From assembly GCA_963838035.1 (NCBI GenBank), contig CAWIPM010000009.1:40229-104228 (forward strand): DNA of 64,000 nucleotides. The letters are read 5' to 3'. The notes under the pieces were generated by a model, which did no database searches, had not been told where the DNA came from, and was given only the letters and a program-made list of their open reading frames with translations. Source of the stretch: an uncultured Solirubrobacterales bacterium. GTDB lineage: Bacteria; Actinomycetota; Thermoleophilia; Solirubrobacterales; 70-9. Made by a program: the position numbers and the translations under genes. Shown here piece after piece: positions 22,595 to 31,353 of the stretch; positions within the stretch are counted from its first letter, which is position 1, and each line of letters opens with the position of its first letter.

Positions 22595-23894
22595 CGGTGC
22601 GCAGCTCTGTCACCCGATCCGCCAAGGCCTGGTCCTCGATCAGTCCGGCCTCCACCCGGCGCACCGAGTTGAGCACGGTCGAGTGGTCACGCCCGCCGTA
22701 GAGGCGGCCGATCTGCGGCAGCGATAGGTCGGTCAGCTCGCGGGTGAGGAAGATCGCGACCTGGCGGGCACGGAGCGGGGCGGCGGCGCGTGTGGAGCCG
22801 ACCAGCTCGGCAGTGGAGACGCCGAACTCGGCTGCGACTCGTGCCTGGATCGTCCCCACCGGCGTTCCCTCTGCGTGACGCGAGGCACGAGGGATCACTT
22901 CCGCGACCAACTCCGAGCTGAGCGGCTTGGCCATCAGCGAGGCATGCGCGATCACCCGCGTCAGCGCCCCGCGGAGCTGGCGGACGTTGGCGTCGATCCG
23001 CTCGGCGATCTCGGAAAGGGCGTCACGGTCGGCGATCTCAACGCCGGCTTCGAGCACGAGCCGCCGCAGGACGGTGAGGCGAGTGGCGAGGTTCGGCGGC
23101 TCGACGGGGACGGTCAGGCCCCACTCGAAGCGGTCGCGAAGCCGCGAGGCGAGGGTCGAGAGCTCGCTCGGGATCCGGTCGGCGGAGAGGACGAGCTGGC
23201 TCCCCGACTCGTAGAGGGCGTTGAAGGTGTGGAAGAACTCCTCCTCGGTGTGATGCTTGCCCTCGAGGAACTGGACATCGTCGATGAGGAGCACGTCGAG
23301 ATCGCGGTAGCGGCCCTTGAAGGCCTCCGTTCCGGCGCTGCGCAGCGCCCCGACGAACTCATTGGTGAAGGACTCGGCGGTCGTGTAGCGGACGTTGAGG
23401 CCGGGGGCGTTGGCGTGGAGATAATTGGCGACCGCAGCCAGCAGGTGGGTCTTTCCCAGGCCCGGAGGCCCGTGGAGGAAGAGCGGGTTATAGGACTCCG
23501 AAGGCGTCTCGGCGACCACGAGCGCGGCAGCGTGGGCGAGCCGGTTCCCCGCGCCGATCACGAACCGGTCGAAGGTGTAGTCGGGATTGAGCTGGGTGAC
23601 GCCCGAGGAGCTCGCCTCAGCGCCCCGCTCGCCGTCCGCCGGCGCGAAGCTGATCTCCCGCAGGATGTCGGTGACGTCGCGCAGCGCCTCGAGGATCAGT
23701 GACGAGTAGCGGCGCTGAACCCAGGCCCGGACCCGCTCGGGGGCGGTGAGGTGGAGCGTGTGGCCCTGGGTTCCCACCACAACGATCGGCTCAAGCCAGA
23801 TCCTGAAGGTGGAGTCCGGGACCGAGGCCCGCAGCGTCTCCTGGACCTCCTGCCAGATGGCGCCGGGAGACTGTCGATCCGCGTCGTCGTGCAC
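22563..23894 (-). CDS. dnaA: chromosomal replication initiator DnaA
   Basis: Walker A GPPGLGKTHLL, Walker B LLIDDVQFL and a C-terminal DNA-binding helix region (RDHSTVLNSVRRVE). The GTG at 23894 is chosen; the ORF-track start is at 23957. Confidence 0.9.
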   Translation of the reverse strand: MHDDADRQSPGAIWQEVQETLRASVPDSTFRIWLEPIVVVGTQGHTLHLTAPERVRAWVQRRYSSLILEALRDVTDILREISFAPADGERGAEASSSGVTQLNPDYTFDRFVIGAGNRLAHAAALVVAETPSESYNPLFLHGPPGLGKTHLLAAVANYLHANAPGLNVRYTTAESFTNEFVGALRSAGTEAFKGRYRDLDVLLIDDVQFLEGKHHTEEEFFHTFNALYESGSQLVLSADRIPSELSTLASRLRDRFEWGLTVPVEPPNLATRLTVLRRLVLEAGVEIADRDALSEIAERIDANVRQLRGALTRVIAHASLMAKPLSSELVAEVIPRASRHAEGTPVGTIQARVAAEFGVSTAELVGSTRAAAPLRARQVAIFLTRELTDLSLPQIGRLYGGRDHSTVLNSVRRVEAGLIEDQALADRVTELRTAIHSPERSSA

Positions 23895-24004
23895 TGGCGA
23901 GCGACCATAGCGACGGCTCGCGGCCCGGTTGAGGACGCTTCCGCAATTCCCGGCCAAAACCGAGCGACGACGATCCGAGCGTCCCGCCCTATACTCCGGC
24001 CCCG

Positions 24005-24139
24005 ATGAAGCGCACCTACCAGCCGAAGAAGCGGAAGCGGGCGAAGACCCACGGATTCCGAGCTCGGATGAGCACTCGAGGCGGCCGGGCGATCCTGAAG
24101 CGACGGCGGCGCAAGGGCCGGAAGCGCCTCACTCCTTAA
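24005..24139 (+). CDS. rpmH: 50S ribosomal protein L34 (absent from the ORF track because it is under 60 aa)
   Basis: Manual translation gives [44 protein letters not shown]. The TAA at 24137-24139 overlaps the rnpA ATG by 1 nt. Confidence 0.9.
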   Translation: MKRTYQPKKRKRAKTHGFRARMSTRGGRAILKRRRRKGRKRLTP

Positions 24140-24519
24140 TGGCGTCGTCGAAGCGACGCCGACGCCGGCTCTCGCGCAGCGGCGAGTTCGACCGCGTTTA
24201 CCGCGAGGGCACCTCTCATGCGACCCGCTACCTCGTCCTCTACCGCTTTCCCCGCCCCGACGACGAGCGGGAGCGAGCGGTGAGGCTGGGGGTCTCTGTC
24301 GGCCGCAAGGTGGGCGGCGCGGTCGACCGCAACAGGGTGAAGCGGACGATGCGCGAAGCGTTCTGGGGCCTTTCTGAAGAGCTGCCGCCGATGCAGGACT
24401 TCGTCCTCGTCGCGCGTCCGGAAATCGGTGACCTGGTCGAGCGCGAGGGCGCTGTGGGCGTCAAGAAGAGCATCGAGGAGGCCCTCGCGGGCCTCACCCC
24501 GGGGGGGCGTTCCACGTGA
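24139..24519 (+). CDS. rnpA: ribonuclease P protein component
   Basis: LGVSVGRKVGGAVDRNRVKRTMREAF contains the RNR motif. The gene lies immediately after rpmH. Confidence 0.85.
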   Translation: MASSKRRRRRLSRSGEFDRVYREGTSHATRYLVLYRFPRPDDERERAVRLGVSVGRKVGGAVDRNRVKRTMREAFWGLSEELPPMQDFVLVARPEIGDLVEREGAVGVKKSIEEALAGLTPGGRST

Positions 24520-24523
24520 AACG
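24508..24523. promoter_or_regulatory. parS-like site (one mismatch to the GTTTCACGTGAAAC core)
   Basis: cGTTCCACGTGAAACg lies at the rnpA/yidD junction, about 3 kb upstream of parAB and about 0.6 kb from dnaA. Confidence 0.45.
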
Positions 24524-24788
24524 CCTCGTCCTCTTCCCGATCGCGGCCTACCGCCGCTGGGTTTCCCCGGCTCGCCCCCGCCGCTGCCGCTACGAGCCGA
24601 CCTGCTCCGCCTACGCGGCCGAAGCGATTCAGCGCTTCGGCGCGCTGCGAGGCCTGATGCTCGGCGCCTGGCGCCTGCTCCGCTGCAACCCGTTCAGCCA
24701 CGGCGGCTTCGACCCGGTGCCCGACCGCTTCACCCTCCGCGTCGGCCCGGTCGACCCCTCCGAGTACCACCGTGAGGCCCATCCATGA
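24516..24788 (+). CDS. yidD: membrane protein insertion efficiency factor YidD
   Basis: CRYEPTCSAYAAEAIQRFG...RCNPFSHGGFDPVP. It has a GTGA overlap with rnpA. Confidence 0.85.
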   Translation: MKRLVLFPIAAYRRWVSPARPRRCRYEPTCSAYAAEAIQRFGALRGLMLGAWRLLRCNPFSHGGFDPVPDRFTLRVGPVDPSEYHREAHP

Positions 24789-25537
24789 TCCCCGACGCAA
24801 ACATCTTCCAGCCGCTGGTCGACCTGGCCAACTCGGTTCTCCAGTTCTTCCACGACAACGCCGGCCTCAGCTGGGGCGGCGCGATCATCGCGCTGACCTT
24901 CGCGACGCGGATCGTCCTCATCCCCCTCACCTACAAACAGCTGAAGGGAATGCGGATGATGCAGGCGCTGCAGCCGCAGATCAAAGAGATCCAGGCCAAA
25001 TACAAGAACGACAAACAGCGCATGCAGCAAGAGATGATGAACTTCTACAAAGAGAACAAAGTCAACCCCTTCGCCTCCTGCATTCCACTGCTCGCGCAGT
25101 TCCCGGTCTTCATCGCGCTGTTCTCGGTGCTGCGCCACGAGCTGCCGGCCGACATCGGCTGCGAAGCGGGGCATTGCGGCAGCCAGGCGTCGTTCCTCTT
25201 CATTCCCGACCTGACCGCGAAGGCGACCGGGGGCGTGCTGATCGCCCTGATCGTCCTCTACGTAGTCACCCAGCTGATCTCGGGAATGATGATGGCGGCG
25301 TCCGCCGACAAAAGCCAGCGGACGATGATGCTGGCCCTGCCGCTGGTCTTCGTCATCTTCATCATCAACTTCCCGGCCGGCCTGATCCTCTACTGGATCA
25401 CGACCAACGTCTGGACGATCGGACAGTCGTACACCCTGCAGAAGCTGATCCCGGCTCCGACGATGGCCACGCCGGCGGAGGTTGCGGCGGCCAAGCCCCC
25501 GCCGCCACCGCCGAAGAAGAAGAAGAAGCGGCGGTAG
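24785..25537 (+). CDS. yidC: membrane protein insertase YidC/Oxa1 family (short form)
   Basis: RIVLIPLTYKQLKGMRMMQALQPQIKEIQAKYKND and NFPAGLILYWITTNVWTIGQ, with a Lys-rich tail. It has an ATGA overlap with yidD. Confidence 0.9.
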   Translation: MIPDANIFQPLVDLANSVLQFFHDNAGLSWGGAIIALTFATRIVLIPLTYKQLKGMRMMQALQPQIKEIQAKYKNDKQRMQQEMMNFYKENKVNPFASCIPLLAQFPVFIALFSVLRHELPADIGCEAGHCGSQASFLFIPDLTAKATGGVLIALIVLYVVTQLISGMMMAASADKSQRTMMLALPLVFVIFIINFPAGLILYWITTNVWTIGQSYTLQKLIPAPTMATPAEVAAAKPPPPPPKKKKKRR

Positions 25538-25546
25538 GGTGCGGGC

Positions 25547-26029
25547 GTGAGCGAGAGCGTGGATTGGCCACAGGAGCCGGCGGAGCGGGTTCGGGAGCTT
25601 GTCGAGGGGGTTCTCGACGAGCTCGATCTCGACGGGGAGGTCGAGGTCAGCGAGGACGACGATCGGATCGAGGCGGTAGTCGTCGGGGATGACGACTATG
25701 GATTGCTGATCGGGAAGCGGGGTCAGACGATCGACGCGCTCCAGCTGCTCTGCTACCAGGCGGCTTTTCGGGGGACTCGCGACCGCAAACGGGTCGTGGT
25801 CGACGCCGCCGGCTATCGCGAGCGTCGGCGCGAGGTGCTGGTCTCCCGCGCGGACCGCGCCGCGGAGCAGGCGCTGAGCGGCGGCGGCCCCGTCGAGATG
25901 GACCCGATGAGCGCACAGGAACGACGTGTGGTCCACGAGCACCTCAAGGAGCGCTCGGGGATCGAGACCTTCAGCGAAGGCGACGAGCCACGTCGCCGCG
26001 TGGTCGTGGCGCCCCTCGTTTCCGAGTGA
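25547..26029 (+). CDS. jag: KH plus R3H domain RNA-binding protein (Jag/KhpB-like, no Jag_N domain)
   Basis: The KH segment is GLLIGKRGQTIDALQ and the R3H segment is MSAQERRVVHEHL. It occupies the conserved position after yidC. Confidence 0.75.
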   Translation: MSESVDWPQEPAERVRELVEGVLDELDLDGEVEVSEDDDRIEAVVVGDDDYGLLIGKRGQTIDALQLLCYQAAFRGTRDRKRVVVDAAGYRERRREVLVSRADRAAEQALSGGGPVEMDPMSAQERRVVHEHLKERSGIETFSEGDEPRRRVVVAPLVSE

Positions 26030-26706
26030 GCGCGGATCCGACGGGCGCTCTGGACCCGCGAGCTCGCGCGGCCCTGCAAACGGTCCTCGACCTGCTCGCG
26101 AGCGAGCGAGCATCGGTCAGCTCGGTAACCGACGATCGCGCCTGGAGGGTCCATGTCGCCGACAGCCTCACCGGGCTGGACCTCCCGCAGCTCCGCGAAG
26201 CGGAGAAGATCGCAGACATCGGCTCTGGAGCTGGGTTTCCGGGCATCGTCCTCGCGGCGGCCCTGCCTCGAGCCCACGTCGACTTGATCGAGTCGATCGG
26301 CCGTAAGTGCGACTTCATGCAGCGGGCCATCGAGGCGTCGGGAATCTCGAATGCGCGCGTGGTCAACGCGCGCTCGGAGGAATGGGCGAGCGGGGAGGGC
26401 CGGGGTGGCTACGAGGTTGTGACCGCCCGAGCGGTGGGCCGGCTCTCGACCCTCGCGGAGCTCGCTTCTCCGCTGCTTGTCGACGGCGGCGTGCTCGTGG
26501 CGTGGAAGGGCAAACGCGACGAGGCAGAGGAGGCCCAGCTCGGCGGGGCCTCCTCGCAGCTGGCGATGTACCCCGAGCGAGCCCTCCACGTGGGGCCTTC
26601 TGCCGGCAGCGAACACCGGCACCTGCACCTGATCCGCAAGAAGGGCCGGACGCCGTCCGATCTCCCGCGCCGCCCGGGCATGGCGAAGAAGCGCCCGCGC
26701 GGTTGA
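26026..26706 (+). CDS. rsmG: 16S rRNA (guanine527-N7)-methyltransferase
   Basis: SAM motif DIGSGAGFPGIVLA. It lies between jag and parA. Confidence 0.85.
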   Translation: MSADPTGALDPRARAALQTVLDLLASERASVSSVTDDRAWRVHVADSLTGLDLPQLREAEKIADIGSGAGFPGIVLAAALPRAHVDLIESIGRKCDFMQRAIEASGISNARVVNARSEEWASGEGRGGYEVVTARAVGRLSTLAELASPLLVDGGVLVAWKGKRDEAEEAQLGGASSQLAMYPERALHVGPSAGSEHRHLHLIRKKGRTPSDLPRRPGMAKKRPRG

Positions 26707-26757
26707 AGCCGGGGGCCCGCCCCCCGCTCCCGCTTCCTCCAAATAGTCTGGCCCTAC

Positions 26758-27516
26758 ATGGGAGTCGTCTACGCGGTCGCGAACCAAAAGGGTGGAGTCG
26801 GGAAGACGACCACCGCGGTCAACATCGCCGCCTGCACCGCCGCCTCCGGCTCCCAGACGCTCCTGGTCGACCTCGATCCGCAATGCAACGCGACGGTGGC
26901 GCTCGGCGGAGACCGCGACCTGCATCCTTCCTCCTACGACTGCCTTATCGGCGAGGTCTCGGTCGCCGGCGCCGCGAGGCCGGCGGGGCCCGACAACCTC
27001 TGGCTGGTGCCGGCCAATCGCGATCTCGCCGGCGCTGCGGTGGAGCTGCCGCGGATCGACGGCTCTGAGACGCGGCTGCGCGCGCGCCTGGGCCCGGTTC
27101 GCGAGCGGTTCGCGGCCACCCTGCTCGACTGCCCGCCGTCGCTGGGCCCGATCAGCGTCAACGCGCTGGTCGCCGCGGATCGGGTGATCGTGCCGGTCCA
27201 GGCCGAGTACCTGGCGCTGGAGGGGCTCGTCCAGTTTCTCGAGACGCTCAACCTGATCCGTCGCGAGCTCAATCCGGCGCTGGAGGTATCGGGCCTGCTG
27301 GTCACCATGCACGACGAGCGCACGCGGCTCGCGCAGGACGTCGAGCGCGAACTGCGCGAGCATTTCCCCGGGCTGGTGTTCGAGACGGTGATACCCCGCA
27401 GCGTGCGGGTAGCCGAGGCCCCCAGTTATGGTCTGCCCGTGACCGAGCACTCCCCCCACTCGCGCGGGTCCGACGCCTACAGGGCAGTTGCCAGGGAGCT
27501 GGCAGAGCGTGGCTAG
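26758..27516 (+). CDS. parA: chromosome partitioning ATPase ParA/Soj
   Basis: Deviant Walker A NQKGGVGKTTT, then LLVDLDPQCNAT and VIPRSVRVAEAPSYG. Confidence 0.9.
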   Translation: MGVVYAVANQKGGVGKTTTAVNIAACTAASGSQTLLVDLDPQCNATVALGGDRDLHPSSYDCLIGEVSVAGAARPAGPDNLWLVPANRDLAGAAVELPRIDGSETRLRARLGPVRERFAATLLDCPPSLGPISVNALVAADRVIVPVQAEYLALEGLVQFLETLNLIRRELNPALEVSGLLVTMHDERTRLAQDVERELREHFPGLVFETVIPRSVRVAEAPSYGLPVTEHSPHSRGSDAYRAVARELAERG

Positions 27517-28381
27517 CGGGACGAAACGGGGGATCGGCCGCGGTCTGGCGGCGATCCTGCCGGAGACCGCCGCCGGAGATGCTGGCGAGCTGCTCGAGCT
27601 CCCGGTCGGCTTGATCAAGCCGAATCCGAACCAGCCTCGCAAGACGTTCGACCCCGAGGCGCTGGCCGGCCTCGCCTCTTCGATCGAGGCGAGCGGGGTT
27701 GTGCAGCCGTTGTTGGTGCGGCCGCTGCACGACGGCAGCTACGAGCTGATCGCCGGCGAGCGGCGCTGGCGCGCCGCCCAGGAGGCCGGGCTGGAAAAGG
27801 TCCCGGCCGTGGTCCGCGATCAGGAGGAGGCCGAGCGGCTGCAGGCGGCGCTGATCGAGAACATGGTGCGCGAGGACCTCAACCCGGTCGACGAGGCGCG
27901 CGCCTGCGCCGCCCTCGTTGAGGAGCTCGGCCTCTCGAAAGAGGATCTGGCGCGGCGCGTGGGCCGCAGCCGTCCCGCCGTCTCCAACCTGATTCGGCTG
28001 CTCGACCTGCCCGACGAGGTGCTGGAGCTGCTCGAATCGGCCAAGTTGAGCGAAGGGCACGGTAAGGCGCTGCTCTCCGCCGACGGCAACGACGTCCGCA
28101 GGCGCCTCGCGCGCGAGGCGGCGAGGGCGGGGTGGTCGGTCCGAGAGACCGAGGAGAGGGTTGGGCTGGCTGGCCAGCCAAAGGCAAAGAGGGGTCTTCG
28201 CAAGAGCGTCGACCCGGAAGAGGCGGCGGCGATGCGTGAGGCAGCCGACAGGCTCGAGTCGGCGCTCGGCCACGAGGTCAAGGTCCGATCCAGAGCCGGC
28301 GAGGTCGTCATCGAGATCCGCTTCGACGACCTCGATGAGGCCCTTGACCTGGCCCGCAAGCTGGGCGGTCGCCGAGCCTGA
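27509..28381 (+). CDS. parB: chromosome partitioning protein ParB/Spo0J
   Basis: KRGIGRGLAAIL, PNPNQPRK, GVVQPLLVRP and ELIAGERRWRAA. The GTG at 27509 overlaps the parA end by 8 nt. Confidence 0.9.
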   Translation: MASGTKRGIGRGLAAILPETAAGDAGELLELPVGLIKPNPNQPRKTFDPEALAGLASSIEASGVVQPLLVRPLHDGSYELIAGERRWRAAQEAGLEKVPAVVRDQEEAERLQAALIENMVREDLNPVDEARACAALVEELGLSKEDLARRVGRSRPAVSNLIRLLDLPDEVLELLESAKLSEGHGKALLSADGNDVRRRLAREAARAGWSVRETEERVGLAGQPKAKRGLRKSVDPEEAAAMREAADRLESALGHEVKVRSRAGEVVIEIRFDDLDEALDLARKLGGRRA

Positions 28382-28431
28382 ACGCGCCGCCTGGAGCCCC
28401 AGTTTGGCCGCTATCATCGCGAGCGGATCGC

Positions 28432-28505
<74 letters not shown>

Positions 28506-28517
28506 CTCGTGCAGCAG

Positions 28518-29003
28518 ATGCAGATCTACGGGGTCAGCTTCGACATGGTCGGCAAGCAGCCGATCGTGCTGTTGAAGACCGTCGACGGGAACCGGTTTCT
28601 GCCGATCTGGATCGGCCACCCGGAGGCGGCGGCAATCCTGATGAAGCTGCAGGGCGCGTCGACGCCGCGGCCGATGACACACGACCTGCTCTCCGACGTG
28701 CTCGAGCAGCTCGACGCGAAGTGCGAGCGGGTCTCGGTGACCGAGCTGCGCGACAACACGTTCTACGCCTCGATCACGGTCTCAGTCAACGGCTCCGAGA
28801 TCGAGATCGATTCGCGTCCCTCCGACGCTCTCGCTCTCGCGGTCCGCGTCTCGGCGCCGATCTTCGCGGCGGAGGCGGTGATCGAGGAGTCGGCGATCGA
28901 GTTCGAGCACGAGGTCGAGGACACCGAGGAGGTCGTCGACAAGTTCAAAAGCTTCCTCGACGAGGTAACCCCCGAAGACTTCGCCAAAGGCGAGGACTCC
29001 TGA
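28518..29003 (+). CDS. bifunctional nuclease family protein (DUF151/BFN domain)
   Basis: QPIVLLKTVDGNRFLPIWIGHPEAAAI...TPRPMTHDLL...DSRPSDALALAVR. The ATG at 28518 is preferred because the GTG at 28509 lies only 3 nt past the tRNA end. Confidence 0.7.
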   Translation: MQIYGVSFDMVGKQPIVLLKTVDGNRFLPIWIGHPEAAAILMKLQGASTPRPMTHDLLSDVLEQLDAKCERVSVTELRDNTFYASITVSVNGSEIEIDSRPSDALALAVRVSAPIFAAEAVIEESAIEFEHEVEDTEEVVDKFKSFLDEVTPEDFAKGEDS

Positions 29004-29009
29004 CGGCCC

Positions 29010-29945
29010 CTACTGGGCGGGGGTCGGGTTCAGGGCGAGGTCGAGGATCCGCTCGACCAGCTGCTCGAAGGAGATCCCGGCTGCCTCGGCGGCCTGGGGG
29101 AGGAGGCTGGTGTCGGTGAGGCCGGGGATGGCGTTGACCTCGAGTACCTGGGGCCCCGCCTCGTCGAGGATCAGGTCGGCGCGGGCGAAGCCGGCGCAGC
29201 CCAGCGCCTCGTATGCGTCCAGGGCAGCCTCGTTGACGGCCGCACCCTCCTCGCTGCTCAGCTCCGCCGGGCAGGTGAACGTCGTGCGGCCGATCTCGTA
29301 GCGGGCCTCGAAGTCGTAGCGATCGCCGCCCGTCGGGATCGCCTCGACGATCGGCAACGGCTCGCCGCCGAGGAGGCTGACGGCCAGCTCCCGCCCCTCG
29401 ACGAAGCGCTCGAGCAGCACCCTGTCGTCGTAGCTGAAAGCGGAAACCAGGGCCTCGGGAACCTCGAACCGGCTGCCGGCGAACTTCACGCCCAGCGCCG
29501 ACCCGCCACGGCTGGGCTTGACGACGAGGGGGAAGCCGAGGCGCTTCTCGATCCCGCTCAGGGCATCGGCCGCCCCGAGCTCGCGGAAGGCGGTTTCGTT
29601 GAAGGCGAACCAGTCGGGCGTCAGCACGCCGGCCTCCCGAAGCACGTGCTTGGCGAGCACCTTGTCCATGCAGCGCGCGCAGGCGGCGACGCCGGGGCCG
29701 GTGAAGGGAATGTCGAGGATCTCCAGCAGCTCCTGCGCGGTGCCATCCTCCCCGCCCGCACCGTGCAGGGCGACGAAGGCGATGTCAGGGTCGGCGGCGA
29801 TCAGGCGCTTGACCAGCTCCCCGTCGACGTCGAGCGGCAGCACCTCATGCCCGAGCCGCTCGAGCGCGTCCTCAACCCGAGCGGCCGAGCGCAGCGAGAC
29901 CCCCCGCTCCAGCGATCGCCCACCTTTGAGCACGGCGACCTTCAC
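29010..29945 (-). CDS. ddl: D-alanine--D-alanine ligase (DdlB-like short form), second copy in window
   Basis: MKVAVLKGGRSLERGVSLRS, FVALHGAGGEDGTAQ, VVKPSRGGSALGV and EVNAIPGLT. It has a GTGA overlap with the upstream aminotransferase. Confidence 0.85.
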   Translation of the reverse strand: MKVAVLKGGRSLERGVSLRSAARVEDALERLGHEVLPLDVDGELVKRLIAADPDIAFVALHGAGGEDGTAQELLEILDIPFTGPGVAACARCMDKVLAKHVLREAGVLTPDWFAFNETAFRELGAADALSGIEKRLGFPLVVKPSRGGSALGVKFAGSRFEVPEALVSAFSYDDRVLLERFVEGRELAVSLLGGEPLPIVEAIPTGGDRYDFEARYEIGRTTFTCPAELSSEEGAAVNEAALDAYEALGCAGFARADLILDEAGPQVLEVNAIPGLTDTSLLPQAAEAAGISFEQLVERILDLALNPTPAQ

Positions 29946-31297
29946 GAGCCCTCGCCCGCCTTGCGGAACGGCAATACGTCAGCCTCCTCCACTTCGTCTT
30001 GCGGAGCCGGAGCCTCCGGATGCTCTCCGGTCAACGCCCCGTACAGCTCGACCTGCTCGGCGATCACGTTGCCGATGCGGCGGATGCCCTCGTGGATTTC
30101 CTCCTCGGTGACTCCGGAGAAGTTGAGCCGCATCGAGCTGCGGCCGCGCCCGTCGACGTAGGCGGCCTGGCCGGGGACGAAAGCGACGTCGTCGCGAAGC
30201 GCCTTCGCCAGCAGGTCGCCGGTGTCGATGTAGGAGGGCAGGGTCGCCCAGATGAAGAGCCCTCCCTCCGGCTCGGTCCAGGTCGCCTGCCGCGGGAAGT
30301 GCTCGAGCAGCGACCCGAGCATGACGTCGCGCCGGCCGCGGTAGATCTCGATCAGCTCGTCGATGTAGCCGCGCCACTGCCCTTCGGCGAAGTACTCGCG
30401 CACGAAGTACTGGGTCAGGGTCGAGGTGCAGAGGTCGGAGGCCTGCTTGCCGAGCACGACCTTCTCCATCACCGGGGGCGGCGCGACCGCCCAGCCGAGG
30501 CGGATGCCGGGGGAGAGGATCTTGGAGAGGGTGCCGATGTAGATGACGTAGTCGCCGCCGTCGAGCTGGTAGAGGGGCGGCAGCCCATCCCCGCTGTAGC
30601 GAAGCAGCCCGTAGGGGTTGTCCTCGACGACGAGCATCTCGTGCAGCCGCGCCAGCTCGACCAGCCGCCGCCGGCGCTCGAAGGAGAGCGTCACCCCCGC
30701 GGGGTTCTGGAAGGTCGGCACCGAGTAGACGAATTTCGGCCGCCGCCCCTCGCCCGCAAGCCGCTCCAGCGCCTCCTCCAGCAGCTCGACCCGCATCCCG
30801 TCCGCGTCGCACTCGATCTGGATCACGTCCGCCTGGTAGCTGCAGAAGACCGGGACCGCGCCCGGGTAGGTGGGCGCCTCGCAGATCACGATGTCGCCCG
30901 GGTCCAGAAGCGTCTTGCAGACCAGGTCGATCGCCTGCTGGCCACCGGTTGTGACGATCACATCGGCGGGGTCGGGAAGCATTCCCTCGGCGGCCATCAC
31001 CTCGACGATGCAGTCCTTGGTCTCCTCGAACCCCTCGGTCGGCCCGTACTGCAGCGCTTTCGCGGCGGACTCCTGGGCGATGCGAGTCATCTGAGCGGCG
31101 AAGCTCTGCGCCGGGAAGGTGGAGGTGTCGGGAAGCCCTCCGGCCAGGGAGATCACCTCGGGGCGGGCGGTGATCGCCATCAGGTCCCGCATCGCCGAGG
31201 AGCGCATCACGCCGGTGCGCTCGGCGAAGAGGCCGGCATAGCGCTCCAGATCGCGGGTCCGGGTGTGGGCGCGGCGCCTGTGGGGCGGCTCGGGCAT
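29942..31297 (-). CDS. PLP-dependent aminotransferase, class I/II fold (2-aminoadipate/aromatic transaminase-like)
   Basis: YGPTEGFEE, the PLP-lysine context GTLSKILSPGIRLGW, and SMRLNFS. Confidence 0.75.
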   Translation of the reverse strand: MPEPPHRRRAHTRTRDLERYAGLFAERTGVMRSSAMRDLMAITARPEVISLAGGLPDTSTFPAQSFAAQMTRIAQESAAKALQYGPTEGFEETKDCIVEVMAAEGMLPDPADVIVTTGGQQAIDLVCKTLLDPGDIVICEAPTYPGAVPVFCSYQADVIQIECDADGMRVELLEEALERLAGEGRRPKFVYSVPTFQNPAGVTLSFERRRRLVELARLHEMLVVEDNPYGLLRYSGDGLPPLYQLDGGDYVIYIGTLSKILSPGIRLGWAVAPPPVMEKVVLGKQASDLCTSTLTQYFVREYFAEGQWRGYIDELIEIYRGRRDVMLGSLLEHFPRQATWTEPEGGLFIWATLPSYIDTGDLLAKALRDDVAFVPGQAAYVDGRGRSSMRLNFSGVTEEEIHEGIRRIGNVIAEQVELYGALTGEHPEAPAPQDEVEEADVLPFRKAGEGS

Positions 31298-31353
31298 CCA
31301 CTGAAGTGTGCCGAATCCGCGCCGAGAGCCCCCGGGGGGTTAGGTTGTCGCAC

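Noticed and set aside
25813-27642. 609-aa minus-strand ORF, and similar long antisense ORFs (14800-16797, 29979-31730, 58758-60428, 39598-40965)
   Set aside because: Each lies antisense to, or out of frame with, a gene that has clear family motifs (rsmG/parA, gyrA, the aminotransferase, mce5, hemL). Their translations are dominated by Arg, Gly, Pro and Ala with no motifs.
29010-29945. Second ddl as a vancomycin-resistance (Van-type) ligase
   Set aside because: No vanH, vanX, vanY or vanRS-like genes are nearby. The specificity residues cannot be judged reliably without an alignment.
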